Assembly: GCA_040954595.2 (NCBI GenBank)
Contig: CM082589.2
Location: 4,540,213-4,604,212, forward strand
Reading direction: 5' to 3'
DNA length: 64,000 nt
DNA from: Balanoglossus misakiensis
Lineage: Eukaryota; Animalia; Hemichordata
Shown: positions 38,280 to 56,900 of the stretch, piece after piece
Position numbering within the stretch: the first letter of the stretch is position 1
How the letters are laid out: every line of letters starts with the position of its first letter
Program-made: the position numbers and the translations under genes
Notes under the pieces: model-generated
What the model was told of the DNA's origin: nothing
The model's database searches: none
What the model saw: only the letters and a program-made list of their open reading frames with translations

Positions 38280-39924
38280 GGAGATGGGTGTCGGGTCCTT
38301 ACACAAGCCAGACAACGGAAACCACGACTTTGACAACCACGACGCAAAACCAAGGTACGTCATCAGACAAGGGTAGGTCTGCGAAATTTCAAAAATTGTC
38401 GTTCACACCTGACACGCATGCAGAGGAGGTTGTCGACGTTATAATATCCATTACGTCACATCCGCCTCGCGTGATGATTTTTGTTAGCGGGAAAACCCAA
38501 CAGTTCGATGATGACACTGGTAGCCACGAAATGGAAATAAAAAAAACAGCTATATGGTAATCCAACACAAAGTCAGATGTAAAACAATTGAAATCGCATT
38601 TTGAACAGCGACATCGTAAAATTAAATTTCCAACAGGAAGAAACGGACCCATTTCCGTAGAATTGCAGTTAATAGTGATAAATTCATGCCGTCGGTTTGT
38701 CTGTAATTCAACCGAGGCTCGACGGGATCACCGTTCACCAAGGCAGATTCCTGTATGGAAACGATTTTACTATGCTTTCGGAATTTCATAAAAATGTCAC
38801 CACTAGCAAGTAATGCGTGCGCGACGAAATTGAATTATATTGCGAGAAACCTATCTATGGGGCATCGCGCAATATATACGATACGTAATGTTGAAACTCC
38901 ATTAGCTGCAGCTCTGCGCATTTTTGTTGACCTCGAGATATCTTTCAATTTAAAAACCTGCCCATTAATTAGTGTTATGGGCTGACATTGTGTTTCTGTG
39001 ACATTCATCAGAGATAGAACAGAAATCTAGGTCACTTGGCGTATAAAAGGGAATATCGAGTCGAAAAACTGAATTTATGCCGTGTTTTCCCGTCGATTGA
39101 TATCACGTCCGTTTCTGCCAAATGCGTATAAGCACTGATAACATCCGGTTTATGCAGCCATAATAACCGGACTTTATATGTGGTTGACCTAACCTTTATT
39201 CGAACTAAGTACATTCACATGAACTGAATTTAGTCCCAATGTAGAATTACAAAATGGATGAATAATGGGATTTTAACGTATAGTGTGTATAGTATGTTAC
39301 ATTACGAACTGAATGTGCTCCCGTCTTTCAGTAAATCTACAAACCAGCATGCGTGTACATAGCCATGTCATTGTGTTAGATACTATAATTGTACCTTTTC
39401 AGTTCGCTTTTCTTTCATTGCCTACACAGGAATGATCCAAAGTGGATCTCTTGTCTGAGTGACACCTGTATTCAATAGCGACGCTGAATGGAATTTTATG
39501 TAATGGAAATATGTACACTGCTTATATATAAAGTATTCGCGTCCGTGTATGAACAGGGGAGCTAGAAAGCGAAATGTAGCGCGTGTCTGATGACAACTGT
39601 TACGTCACTGTGATGCTGGTAACGTAGGGCATAGAGAATCTTCCGTCAACAACTCGACATAGCACTATACTAATATTCTGGTTTTTTTTTCACATAGAAA
39701 AGTTCACCAGAGAAGACATACTACTTATTTTCAAAGCCATGGACAAAGACAATAACGGTTATTTGACCGCCGATGAAATAAGGCAGACGTTGGTCGAGAC
39801 TAAAGCCTACCAGAGCGAGGAGCAAGTGCAGAAAATGATTTCGGAGGCCGACAAGGACGGAGACGGCAGGATTAATTACATGGAATTCACGGGGGTCATG
39901 GATTTTGTCAACTCAAATCCGTAG
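38280..39924 (+). CDS. EF-hand gene 3: single-lobe calmodulin-like protein; first coding exon uncertain
   Basis: Terminal exon 39698-39924 (acceptor ttttttttcacatAG, phase 1; KFTREDILLIFKAMDKDNNGYLTADE...DKDGDGRINYMEFTGVMDFVNSNP*). Likely 75-nt phase 1-1 internal exon 38280-38354 (RWVSGPYTSQTTETTTLTTTTQNQ). The start exon lies further upstream (see findings). Confidence 0.75.
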
Positions 39925-42518
39925 CGCAATTCTGTTTATTTGAGGATGTCTTTTCGAAAAAATCGATACTATTGCAAGTTTCGGTGCAAAGGAAGCAATT
40001 TTCAACCCTTCACTTCAAGGCGAGGGGGTTAAGGAATGAGCTCTTTTATGACTGCGGGACTGAGAAAGATGTTTCACCTCTGACACATGGTTTACCGTGT
40101 ACTCAGTCGGCCGCGATTGAACCGTACAAGTGGCAGGCGTTCGATCGGTGTTTTTTCCTGGTTTCTTGCATGACATCATTTCCTTACTGAGACCAGAGTA
40201 GAGACTTTCACTGTTGTGTTCTGGCAAACGTGCAGACAGCTCCCGTCGACAGGCTGTGAGAGAGACGACAATTTTCGAATAACTTGAAGTTGTGAACGAC
40301 AATTTGTGTCGGGTTCGACAGCGACGGCTAATAAGCGCGAATGATCAACATCAGATGATTTCACCGTTTACAGTATCTATGTAAAACGTGCAATAACAAA
40401 CCATCATTGACTTTAATTTAAATTAATTCAATTTTCATTTAACTTTATTTAATTCAATTAATATAGAGTGTTTCTTTATTCAGGTACATGTAGGTGATTC
40501 AGATAGGTGATTTTATCAAGAGTCACGTGGCGGCTATTTGAACTTTTACATCTGCTGGTATACATACCACAGAGACCGTCGATGCTTTGAAGGGAAAATA
40601 ATGACACAAGTGAAAATCTACAGAAATATACGTTTAACAGATCAATGACAAGGCGTGGGTAAAGTAGTCATCCGTGCGATTGGAAAAATGATAGAAATTA
40701 TTCATGACATGAAAAAATGTATTGCCATTGTCTACTTTTATAAAATTCTTGTATCGTCAATATGATGTATAAAATAATTATGAGATACGATTTCGGCATA
40801 TTCAGATATTGAAAGGAAATGAATGAAGCTGTATATTTTGCACCCATTGTATAATTGTCCCATTTTTTCACCGCTGAGGATTATATTCGACGACCCGTTC
40901 ATGTTACATGTTCGTGATGTTGTAACAGTTTATTATGATTATCATTAAATAATTTTGTAATTACACACTTTGATAACGATTCAGCTTTGCGTGGATACAT
41001 TTTACACCAGTTCCAATCATACGCTGCTAAATTTGTTTACAGCGTGGAAGGAACGATGAAATGTGTGAAGGCCGTGCCAAAGTGGTTATTGATCAGGATG
41101 TGGACACTTTATCTTTTCAGTCACTGCTGCATCCCCCATTAACACTATTTTGTAATCACAAGGTGGCGAGGTCAGATATACCAGCTGGTATAAAGCGTTC
41201 ATTGTTCTCCCAGACCTTACTGGTATTTACCTGATCAATAGCACGTGTTCCATTGTAATTAACGACACCAATCCCTAAGTTCACAAACAAATTATCTTTG
41301 AATACTTATCACACTCCTGCGCATTGACTGGTTTAATTATGATTTGATTTTTAGATACTGACATTTTTGTGGGTGTCTATGTACATGTATATACACATTG
41401 TATACTACAGATATCAGAATTCGCTGGCACCTATGTGCTAACCTATTATGTAAGCCTCAGTTTTGAGGTACATACATTGTAGGTCGTTGGCGTGAGATTC
41501 TAATTTGCCAAGATTTTTTTTTCTTTAAATATTTGTCACGAACCGTGGCGTCAAGTGTGATATTCAAGTGATACTTATCGACATCACCGATGAGGGCGCA
41601 TCCAGGCCTTCTCTGGGACGAGCGAGGAACTGGTCCTTTTTATATGAGATAGAAGACCGAGTGTGGTCATTGGAATTAATGGTTTTATTCGGAACTTGAC
41701 GACAGGGGGCGTTGTTTAAGTAACACATGCAGACTCGTCCATGGGGACCGTCAGGCAAGCACGTGCGTAAATTATACATGGCACCAAATTGGAATATGGT
41801 TAGTGATGTTGAACGCGCATGCTCAAAAGAGCGCGAGTTCTACTGTTTGCAGTGGGATGAATTAAATATTGTTTGCTTTAAATATTTCATGTTTTCTTAT
41901 GGGAAAAACTAGCGCGCCGTGCAGTGACTGCGAAATTCAAAATCCGCACTCGTTTTGCTCGGGTAGCAGGTCACGCGGGTTACCGAATGATGAACCTTGG
42001 GGATACCAGTATTTCAATGCCCTTTAAATCTTAATATAGGTCATCCAAAGCGAATTACAGCTCTGTCTTACATAATTGCGTGTTTTAATGATGTGTCAGA
42101 CTGTATTAAAACACTTCCAGGCGGTGTTCTCATTTTACAACAGGTACGTTGCTAGGCAACCCCGGAAGATCGAATATCAAACCACGCAATTAGGTCTCCG
42201 TGCAGGTAAAGTATTAAATTTCCCCGTAACCACTACAGTTTATGAGGAAAAAAATACAATGTAAGCTTGTTTCCTCCCTGTAACCGCTGTGAGCACCGCG
42301 ATGTGGCTCCGTTGGTTTTCAACACAAAACGGCTGCCAACTGATAAACTCATTTGGCAGCCCTTTTCTCAAATTTGTTGATACTGCCTCTTCTAAGCCCT
42401 TTCTTCCCCCGTGAAAACTATGAATATATTAAAAATTGAGCTTTTTCTGTGTATATTCATTGATGCCAGATAATCCGAATGTTGATGATACAAATATAAA
42501 AATTTCTTTCTTTTCAAC

Positions 42519-42604
42519 AGTTTAGTTTAATCTAGGTTAGCTTAGCTTAGCTTAGATAAGCTTAGCTTAGGTTTAGGTCCTAGTTTAGTTTAGTTTAGTT
42601 TAGC
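42519..42604. repeat. (TTAGC/TTAGT)n pentanucleotide microsatellite
   Basis: Degenerate 5-mer array. Confidence 0.8.
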
Positions 42605-45080
42605 TAAAACAGCTTGGAAATTTTGAACGTCGAGAGACTGCCACTTAGTCCGACTCCTCATAGCATTTTGTCAACAATTGGCTCTCGCATGTACGAATAT
42701 ATACTCGGCCGCCTTTATGCGTCACACCTCTGAAAAGTGTTCTTTCTATGCATTGTTCGGTGTACATTGTATGTACACCAACAATTCTTCCACCGCCAAA
42801 TGAAAGACAGGGACACGTACGTCTGTACTCGGCGGCAGTGACGTCGACGAACTTCTCTCCTTGCCGAGCCAAGGGCTTCAATACAAGGGATGAGTTAAAG
42901 GCCGTTTCACTCACCATGTCAACGGAGGTTGTTTATGACACACACACAAGTCAAGGGGGTCAGCGAGATGAAGTCTTTGTTGTCTTGCGATGCACATATG
43001 ACAACGAGTCAATTTGTTTTTTTGAGGTGACAGGCGTGGCCATTTTGACGTGCGTGAACAACAGGTGTTTACAGTGTTCGTGGATGAAGTCTAACGCGGC
43101 CATGCATTTGCAGCTATGGTACTTTAATGTTAGGAGACGAATAACTTCGGATATTCGATACCATAATATAGGTGAATTCAGACATTACTTTCAAAACGAA
43201 ATTGATGAGATATATGTATTCCCCAGACTACTGATTAAAAAGGTATAGCTACACTATACGGACTTCCCTTATCAGACACTTGGACAACATTGGAGTGATA
43301 ACTGCAGTTAATATTTCGAGTTTAAATTCGTACAGTCACTTAATACACAGGTAGAGACAGAGCATCGGCGAAGATATAATGTCTTTATTACATAGATTAG
43401 AGTCCGGTTTCCAAATACGTCGGTAATACCAGTAAAGGGAGGGGAACCATAGAATATTTCTTAACAAAAGATCCATTTCTATCTCAACATGTATTGCATA
43501 TTTGAGTTACCCGTACGGTGTATTGATGTCTGTCTCTCCGTCCGTCCGTATGTCTGTTTGTATGATGGGTGTGTCGTCAATTGTATTTAAGTCCCGCGGG
43601 TATACAATACAAGGTATGTCGGTTGCCGTGCCCTTGCGACCAGAAAAAAAAACATTCAACAAGAACAGCGCAACCAATAAAGGCTTAAACGTCTAGTGGG
43701 AAATCAGTAGAGAAAACACGAGTGCCACTCCTTAAACACGTGTTGTGGGTTCTTTGACGTGGTATACACACGTCCGACTGTTGCCAAGCCTTTGATCTGA
43801 AAATATCTAGAGTTAAAGCCCTTTTATTAGGCACTTTGTCGTTTATACGTTATTATATCAATGCAGGGGGACGCCCTGGTTGACCTCAGGTTAAGTTTGT
43901 TTGGGTTTGTTGTCAATCGTTGTCCGTCGCATCGGTCGATAATTGGCATCTCCTATGTGAAATCTTTAACCAAAAATCTTCAATTTAGGCTCATTCTGTC
44001 CACACAGACTCCATACATCACGGCATGCCCTTGGTGAAGACATCTTCAAGGGGTGGAAAGGCGCATCGTGGCTTGTCGAGGTCCGCGGACGTTGTCAAGG
44101 CAACGTATAAACAAAAGAGCGGCCCATTGTCCGGTTACAATAGAGTTGAGCCACTGGTCATTCAGTGATGATCTCGCATAGAAATTAACAAATGTGAACA
44201 AGTACCAGCCCATGTCTGCCGTGCCGCCCGACCTTTCTTTCAAGTCAAACTAACACAATTAACAACTTATTCCCCGTTGGGCACCCTGCGAGTTTTTTTG
44301 GCTGTCAAATTTCCATAATTCCTTGAAAATTGCTCGAAGCACGAATGTCATTTTATATCCCAGCCTTACTGTTTGAACCAAGTGTCTATGTTCGAAGTCA
44401 ACCTACATGTGTCAACTCGAGTAACATTCAAATTTCTATTCTTTCTTTCTTTTCATTCACGCATTGTCTTTCTTTGTTCTAAACTCAGTGCAGAACTTGA
44501 AGGCCGGTGGCGTTTATTTGGATCGCTTGGCCGTCCTATACGCAGTCAGTGTAATTACGTCACACCACAGACCAGCACGACGGGAGTATGTATGATAACA
44601 ATATACATTGCATTCTCTCTGTGCAATTTCAACGCTAACGAAAAGTTTGTATGGCGGAAAAAATAAAAGTTGGGCGTTTTCAACTCGCCAGCCAATATGA
44701 AGCAATCCTTGCCGCATTGCACCGCCTCTAAGTGCAAGGTTATTCAACCCAGGCACGGCACACAATCGTTAAATAATGCCACTTTGTGAATTCAATCGGT
44801 TGACAAGCGACCGCCCAAGAAAGACGTCTTCCAAAGGACCGTGGCAAGTTTATCGCCAGGGCTCTATTAAGCGGCCGCAGCCTGAAAGAACGCGGGGGAC
44901 TCGGCTCCAAGCGTAAACAGTAAATAAACAGTGGTTGCTATGTGACTGGATGCAAATATTGTGAATAGTAACCACATCACAACCGCAGTTGGAAATCAGA
45001 AGTCGAAATCCACCGTACGGCCGAGCTGCGTGGAATCTTGGGCGCCTTCTATCCGATTCACGATTAACTGAGCACACAAG

Positions 45081-48715
<3,635 letters not shown>

Positions 48716-49299
48716 AGCACAGACGCCAAATGAACTCATGGACTTGAAATGTTTCTTTAAAAAAGACTGAACCTGTATATAGCTATCCATACCATTCAAC
48801 CTAACAGATAGTAACTTTCGTCAGTGTCATCGCGACCCCCACCCCACCACAATTTACATATTTCAGCTCAAATTGGCGTGAAAAAATGATATAGTGCGAA
48901 AACTTTAAATTATTTTCTTAAAAGCGTGAGATAAGATCTTATTCTTTATTTAACTCTGGACCAATCTGCATAACCAAGTTGTTGTTTTTCAATTGTTTTG
49001 CCAAGCCCCTAAAGATAGTATATTGTACATACAGTTGAGTTAGGATGAAGGCTAAATTCTGAATGATTTTTAACACGCATAAGGGGTCGCGCGAGACCTA
49101 GAAAATTCTGTCTGTCACTTGACGTAATTCCAGAAAATATTCCGTCCTTCACACATTTGTCCAAGACAGGTGTCATTCCGTTGGCTTGGCAATAGAAAGT
49201 GGTGCGACCTAACACGATATATTTTTATATGTGACGTTTTCCGCTCTTCCTAACATCCGGGTGTTTACATGAAGAAGCCATTAATCGGCGCGATGTTTT

Positions 49300-49404
49300 T
49301 TTTTTTGTCTTCTGCGACATTTGGTCGTCTGAATCTTTTTTCGTCTTCTGTGATATTTGGTCGTCTGACTCTTTTTGTTTTCTGCGACATTTGGTCATCT
49401 GACG
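49300..49404. repeat. ~35-bp minisatellite, 3 copies
   Basis: tctgcgacatttggtcgtctga-like unit at 49311, 49347 and 49381. Confidence 0.85.
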
Positions 49405-50993
49405 ACCATTGAAAACTTCCAAAAACCGAGAGTCACCACTCTAACATCTTCCCTTTATAGATATCTATTCCCACAAAATAGTGATTGAATCATAGTTTTG
49501 TGAGGGTGCCATTGAGAGACAATTATCCTGTCGGTTTCTTGCCACCATTTGTAAATATACCACATGACATCTTGCTATTTATACCCTTATCGTAGGCTAG
49601 AGTAGAAAAGCGTACGACCTGGAGTTTTTGTAACATAACAAATGTAAATTTGCCATTTGTACGAATAAAATCAATAATAATAGTGTGCACCTTCGTTTTT
49701 TTTATACTAGAATGGACGATCATGCACTGTAAGTTATCTCGTGGGATCCTTGTCTTGACTCTTGTCCAGCGGTTTGTTGGCTTTGCCATGGAGACGGACA
49801 GAGAGAGACGGACTGACTGACTAAGAAGTTTCTCTCTGCAGACGATCAATGCATCTGTACTATTTATATTTCTGCAAGCAGCTCACTGACAAAGCTAAAT
49901 TTTTCCCCGTTTCTGCAATTTCCACGCCATGATCAAACACGAAGAATGGCAAGTGTCCACCGAAGCCATTTTCTTTGGAGGCAATTTTCAAAACGGATAT
50001 GCCGTTTCCCTTCCATAAAACGACATAATGACGCAGAAAGCCAAGGCAGGAAATTTAATTCTTGAAACAAATTCGTCACGGAGTCTCCCTTTATGTAGGC
50101 TCCTCCGCTGCACTCAAAGAGGAAAACTGGAGCACCTTCAATCTGGAGTGAAATGCAAACTCATCGTTCGATCGAATATAAACCAATGCAAACACAAATA
50201 AACACGAGTCATTACGCCATGATCAGCTTCTTATTAACACTGAACGCCACTTCCTATAAAACGGAAGGAAAACCTTGTGCAAAGAGTTGTGCAAATTTTT
50301 GATGAATAAAACGGATATTTTAGTTTAATCACAAATTAAACTAATAACACACGAAAAACAGGTTGGTTCTGTTTCAGGCCAAAATGGTGTCAATACGTGA
50401 CTGCGTGGAGAAAATGGACTGACTCAACCAAAGTGAGTTTCATCATCTTGCTGCATTGTGATTCAGAGCATCATCTCCAGCTTTGACCCGAGAAGTGCGC
50501 CACCCATCAAATTGCCGAGAGTAAGAGAGTCCGTTGGTGAGTGCATGTAAATTACTCGCACTATCAGCGGAGTACTCAAGTTTTATGTTACCATCACCGA
50601 GCGCATGTGTAGCGTGACGTCAGTCGCGCAGCGTTCATACGTTTGATCACAAACGCGGAAATCGGGGGAACGTTAACTACTGTTGACTAATCTGGCGGTT
50701 TCCTGGTGGACACGGTGAACCGATGCCGGCAAAGTTCGGCTGAGGACGCGGACACAGTCAGCTCAGACAGCCCTGGCTACATACCGAGCCGCGTGAGTCG
50801 ACGAGTGGAAGGCGCTTCGCTGATTTTTCTTCGGCGCTCGTCATCCGGGCCACGGGTCTTGGCTTGTGATCCGAGCGGCGCCTCTCAGTGGAAGCAACTT
50901 GATTTCACCATGTAACTTGGCAGCGGCGATCGCTAGAATACCGTGATTCTAACTCCCCCCATCGCTGGAAATACAGAAAGTCCTCGATGGAAA

Positions 50994-53966
50994 ATGGGAT
51001 GCTCTTCCGGCAAGCACACGTCGGGTAAGGGGTGGCGATTTTTTCTCTTCAGAGACCTGTAGCCAGCAGTTGATGCTGAACTCAGTGTAACTGAAGCGAG
51101 GTCAGGTTCCACAGGTCACATAGCTCCAGTTGGTGACCTCAGCAGTATACCATCAACAACGTACATCTATATCTGTTCTGGTAATCTTTAACCCTGTCAC
51201 CCCATTTCCATCTATAGAGGTCCAACTGCATCGTAGAAAACAATGGATTTGGCCCAAACCAGCCAACCATCATGCATGTCAGATTGAACAACAAACCCAT
51301 TTTCGCAGTCACGCCGTCTCTTCGGCTATACTCAAGTATTTCACTGCTCTTCAATGGTAGGAACATTGCCTTTGTGTCTAAAACGCGATAAAAAACGTGT
51401 AGTATTGCCCCTTTTCACTCAGTGATTCGATAAACCCACCGAAACGATGGGTTTTACTTTGCCCCGGTTTCCGAGTCGTTACCGAAACCAGCTAACCAGC
51501 CCTGCCATGAAAAATACATTTTACCTCGGTTTACTCCAGGTTATACAAATATGATATACACTAACTCTATTTGAGAGTTGAGAATCGAGAATCAACAGTC
51601 GCTCTAATTTGTTTAGCTTTCATGTAGTGTTTGTGGGTTTTGGATTCGTTCTTCGGGGTGGGGGGGAAGGGGGGGTGGGGGGTCGTTCAACCCCTCAACG
51701 ATGAAGTACGACCCGCCTCCGCTTTGTTCCACACGACGCTTCACGACCGACTTTGCGTGGTTGTATCATGGTTGACGTTTTCTCTCTGTTCAGTACAAGC
51801 TTCTACAACAGAAATGTCTGTGATGCAATTATAACCAAGCGTTGGACGCTCTTATCACAACAAGTGTCAGCGAGAAACTATGGCCAAGTAGTAATTAATA
51901 GGTCGGTATTCGATTTATAACCAGGAGATATTTACGTTTCACATTGGATTTCGGATTGTAGCTGTAGGTTGGTTTCGGTAAACAACTCTCCACGCGCATT
52001 TTGTCATCGCTCGTTCGTGCATGGACTTCCATTCATCGGTCTCACGGGTAATAGAAAACAAGTTAATTCGGTTCCAGTGTAATATGATCTCAAATGGCTG
52101 TATCACAAGAAACCCCCGAAGGCAATATGGTACATACATACATACATACATACATACTTAAATACAGACAGACAGACAGACAGACAGACACATGTATATA
52201 CATGTATATCATACAGGATATTTAAGATCTATAGTTCAGAGTGCCACAGTGTAGGTTGGATATTTTCATTACACTCTGTTGAAATCGTGGCCAGTTGCCA
52301 TGGCAGTGTTGCTGCCGAGTCCATTGTAATGGAAATCAGCAACGCGGAAATTCACCTAATATACTTAATAAATCTTTGCAAATCATTGGAAGTCGGAGTA
52401 CGTTTCTCCGATATCAGATTCTTCCGACCGAAAAATGCCATTTGTAGCTAATCAAAAACATCACTGAGGTTTTACAAGCGCCCCTTGCCTCCCGTGCGCG
52501 CCTTCCCTGCCTCGTTGCACAATCCGAAATCGCTCATCAGGTGCTTCCGTCCCATTTTCCCGTTTGTTATCTCGACACAATATCGCACCGCGCGAGAATG
52601 GTTTCCACGGCAACGGTAATAAGCCTTAATCATGGCCGCGACGTAACGCGTCTGTGATTTCGACGCTGGCCGGAAATCTTGAATCAGGGTAATATTTCGG
52701 TTTCATTGTGTAGAGGCTACCGACAGAGGCTAGGCTGCGCTGAGAAGAGCTGTTATCAAAGACACGACGAGGATAACCATATTCATTTCTGCACCAGTGT
52801 TGCAGCATAACTCCCTTCCATTACTTTTGCTGTACTTCGTCCACGGTTTCCCGTGCGTTCACATTGCGAGCGGAAAACATTTAAACATGGACAATATTGG
52901 ATTGACCTTTTTAATTAAAATGTGTCCTTGGGCTACGTGGAAATTAATCACAGCTTAATTAAGAAATTAAATTAAGTAATTGCGTTCAGACTTGTGTACC
53001 TGTCATTTGAACTCGAAGTTGGTAATGACCGTATTCAGAGTATGCGGACGATTTTTTGGAAGTGATTCATTTTTGCAGGAAGCGGGGAGCAGCGTGGGAG
53101 TCTGAGGAGAAAACCTTCAAGAGGAATTAAAACAACATATTTTCTGATTCCATCAGACAACTGCCAAACTATTTACCTGTATTGATTTTCTGAGTATTGA
53201 TGACCACAACACAAAATGGAGGAGGCTGGTCACCATGGTGACGTAAACATTTCCACAAACTCATCGCAACTTGAGTCACGCTTTCTCTCGATCTAGCCTG
53301 CCCACACAAAAAATTCGTATTTGCTCTCCCAGCGTTCAATACTATTGACTATTATTGCTACAAATTCATTTCCTTCAATCGGAGCTACAACGAGTTAAAT
53401 TACCCGTTACAATTAAATAATTGAAGAAAGCATTAGCCTTGTTCGTTTGCTTTCACGGTTATTTTAACTGACGAGTCCGTGCGGGCGAATATTTAGTGAT
53501 ACTTCGCTTAACTTGGCTCTCTGTCTTTTACTCGTGGTGCCAGAAAAATTTCCCCTCGAAAAAAGAAAATTTGGTCGTATTTCTTTTACAATATGCCGAA
53601 TCTGACTTTAAGACGTAGAGGTAACGATTCTGATTATTTTTCTTTAGCATACAGGTTGCTGGACCTGATTTTTTGTAGACGGCCAGGCCTAAGCTTGTTT
53701 CGTATGCTTAATTCGCAGGCCAATCTTCAAAAATTGTCTCCGAAGACGAAATCTACGAATCCTTCATGCAGTTCGACACCAACGGAGACGGTTACATCAC
53801 GCCGGACGAGCTGAGACACGTGGTGAAGGAAGTGGGCAGAAAGATGTCGGAGCGTCGACTGGAGGACATGATACGACAGGCAGACATGGATGGCGATGGA
53901 CGAGTCAATTATCGCGAGTTTGTGCGTATAATGCAGTCGGACCAGAAGGAGAGGAAGGGTCAGTGA
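50994..53966 (+). CDS. EF-hand gene 5: N-acylated single-lobe calmodulin-like protein (~92 aa)
   Basis: Exon 50994-51024 (MGCSSGKHTS, G|GTAAGG) joins in phase 1 to exon 53719-53966 (acceptor ttcgcAG; GQSSKIVSEDEIYESFMQFDTNGDGYITPDELRHVV...[17 protein letters not shown]...). Very close in pattern to the calmodulin C-lobe. Confidence 0.85.
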
Positions 53967-56900
53967 AATCATCATCCGCCTTTTAGTGTTCCATAGTTTG
54001 GCTGACTGCCAAATGTGTAATTTTAATTATTTTTTCAAGTTAATATTCTTCTGGTGACCCACGATATTTCTGCATAATTATTACATTGTATTCCTGTCTT
54101 CACTTAATCATTTTTAAGTTCGCTATTGTGCTGTCCGATTTTACATGTATTGTAACAGACAATGTCCCTATACATGTAATATGATTGACGTTCCTTCACC
54201 AGTAAGCTTCTCTAAAAGAATTTAAAATAGTGAGAACCTTGAATTTAATACATGTAACATTAAAATATGGAAAATAAGCAACTGTGGTTCATGGAAATAC
54301 CATCAACCAACTACAACACAATGTGGAAGGACATAAAAGTTAGACTTACTGGTAGTGTTCGGACAACCAATATCTAAAAGCTGACTCTGCGTATGAAAAG
54401 AGGCGTGCGTTTAATCTTGAATAACAAGACCATAAAAATAATTACCATCATTTTCCTCCAAACCCTATTGGGCAATCATCTTTTATTAAGCTTTGTCGTA
54501 TCTATAAATTTTGCTGTGATGTACAGATAATAATTACCTCTATTCTGTGAGCACAGCTAAATTTGACAAACTTTGAAAAAAAATTCTAATTGGCACCGTT
54601 ATTACCCAAAATATCCATTTTATATGTACTGCTTATAAGCAACTGTAATATGAAGTTAGTAGAATTATCATCAACACACTACGTTTATATTGGCAACCAA
54701 TTTCAAATTAAGTTATTAATGTTAACGTAAGTGACCTGTCGTCTGATTAAATTTGTGGATTCTTCTGATAAACATTTATGCGCATGCCCAAAGTCCTGCG
54801 TACCGATCGTCCATTGTTCACATGTTCACATTTCATTTCGCATATCTATATCATTTTTTTTGCTTGCTTGGGGGTACGTTTTCAGAACGAAACATTATAG
54901 TCGATGACACAACACTCACGGCCTGCAAGACTGCTCACGCAATAAGACTATGTGAAAATTGAAGCAAGTTGTTGCAGGCAGGTACTATTATAATATTAAA
55001 CCACGTAGAGTCCGTCAACTCTGAAACACGCGTGGAAGCGTGGTAGATCTTTTAACCATCGAAACGACTCAACAGTCTAAGAATCCTTAAAAGCATTTTT
55101 ATTTCTGTCGGGCAATCATGCGAAAGGAAGCGAGCGGTATTTTCATCTTTTTGCATCGCAGAATGCAATTTTTTTTCCGTCCATTATCGGATCAATTGTA
55201 CCACCTCACAAACGTAACAGCGACAAGCATACGTGAATTTCCGGTATTCGATAACACATAAGGATGTGCTTTTATAATTTGTGTAGAACATAGACACTGG
55301 GATAAAACATGCGACAGTGGATTGGATTACGTCCATTAGTTTGAGCCAACCTATTCAGCCTTTCACGTCTCTAAAACAACATGCGTTACATATTTGCAAA
55401 GGAATCGACAATTGTGCCCTAAAAACACACACTGTCTTTTGTGAAAGATTTAAGTACGCGATTGTAAATATTTTTCCGTCGGAATTTTTGATAATAACAA
55501 ACATACAACGCTGTGTTATATCGATTTGGTAGACGTCATCGACGACAAAAACCGACTAACCACTGTACAAATTATGATTTGTGGTGTTCTGAATTCTTGT
55601 ATAAACCTTCTTTACTACTGGAGGGATTCACCACCACAAATGACAGATTGCTCGATCATGTTAGGTCAAGTCTACTCCACCATTATCATCAACTGCCCCA
55701 GTGATGGCATTGACGTTGCCATGGCTACAATTCTGTGGTTGCCACCACCACAACACCACCAATAATCACATCATCGCATCCATCACTTTCGTCTTCATCA
55801 TCTCGCCGTAATCATCATCGTTGCCGTTGCCACAGACAACATCACGACCGCCAGTATTTCATCATCTCAACCGCATCACTATCAAGGTGTCCCTTGCCAG
55901 CTACATGCAATACCCGGTAGATAAATCACAATTCAACCATAAGGCATTTCACTGTGATAAAACAGAGAAAATTGAATTACAGGTTTGTGATTGCAAAACG
56001 TAAATCACGAATGGCAAATTCAATTTCTGAATCCTTTGCGAAAAGAAACAGATGTTCGATTTCACACTGTTACCATGGCAACACCGTATCAAGCCATGAT
56101 GAAAAGGAGAGCTTAATATCATCAACGACATGGGTTTGTCAATTCGTAAAATTCTCTTTGGGGATTTCAGATGCCGCATATACGTGCTAGGATACGACAA
56201 ACCACTGGACGATAATGTATTCATCGAGTGCGCGTGCGATGGCCGTTTAAGCCAATACGGTGGCCGAAATTTTGCCCGCACACATGTATAAAGAATACCG
56301 GTCAACAATAGCGCCGCACAGGTTGTGTTGACGCGACAGAAAGCGTTTACGGTCTCCATGTAATAGCACGCACTTCACTCAAGCAAATTAGAAATTTGAT
56401 GAGGAAAAATACGCGGGTTGTAATGAGTCATTCTTCTCCCCGTGTGACTTGATTATCGATTTGTCACGCGAATCATGGTCTCACTTCAATTCGCAGCGTT
56501 TACACGCACTCGCGAGAGGAAGCCGCAGCGAGTGTCGGCGATAACTGACGACGTGCGCGGCATACTGTTATTAGCTGCGTTGTGCTTGTGGACGGTGTAA
56601 GTGAAATGCTCAACGCAATCACGCCATCTATACTATTCATCTGTCACAACTTGACTAACCTCAAACCCGGGATTTTCCCGTCAGAGAGGAAAGTCAATCC
56701 ATAAGGCCATTGCTCTAGATGTGGGACGATAACAAATGATAGTTTATGGGTTGTGATATACACTTTTGAATTACACTCAGTAAATGATTCATTCATCAAA
56801 ACTGAAGCATTGCTCGCCAAGCGCGTATTGACCTAATTTTCTAGAACAACACATCAGAACGAGGAGAAACGCAGTGTTCATTGTGACCTTCGCTGGGGCC

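Noticed and set aside
38284-38354. ATG-initiated MGVGSLHKPD... as first exon of EF gene 3
   Set aside because: Ends in phase 2, incompatible with the phase-1 acceptor at 39698 unless a weakly supported exon near 39430 is used.
42748-43248. 166-aa ORF
   Set aside because: No recognisable motif, coding-like composition or convincing splice structure.
49300-49404. ~35-bp periodic repeat resembling a CRISPR array
   Set aside because: No unique spacers, eukaryotic context and no cas genes; an ordinary minisatellite.
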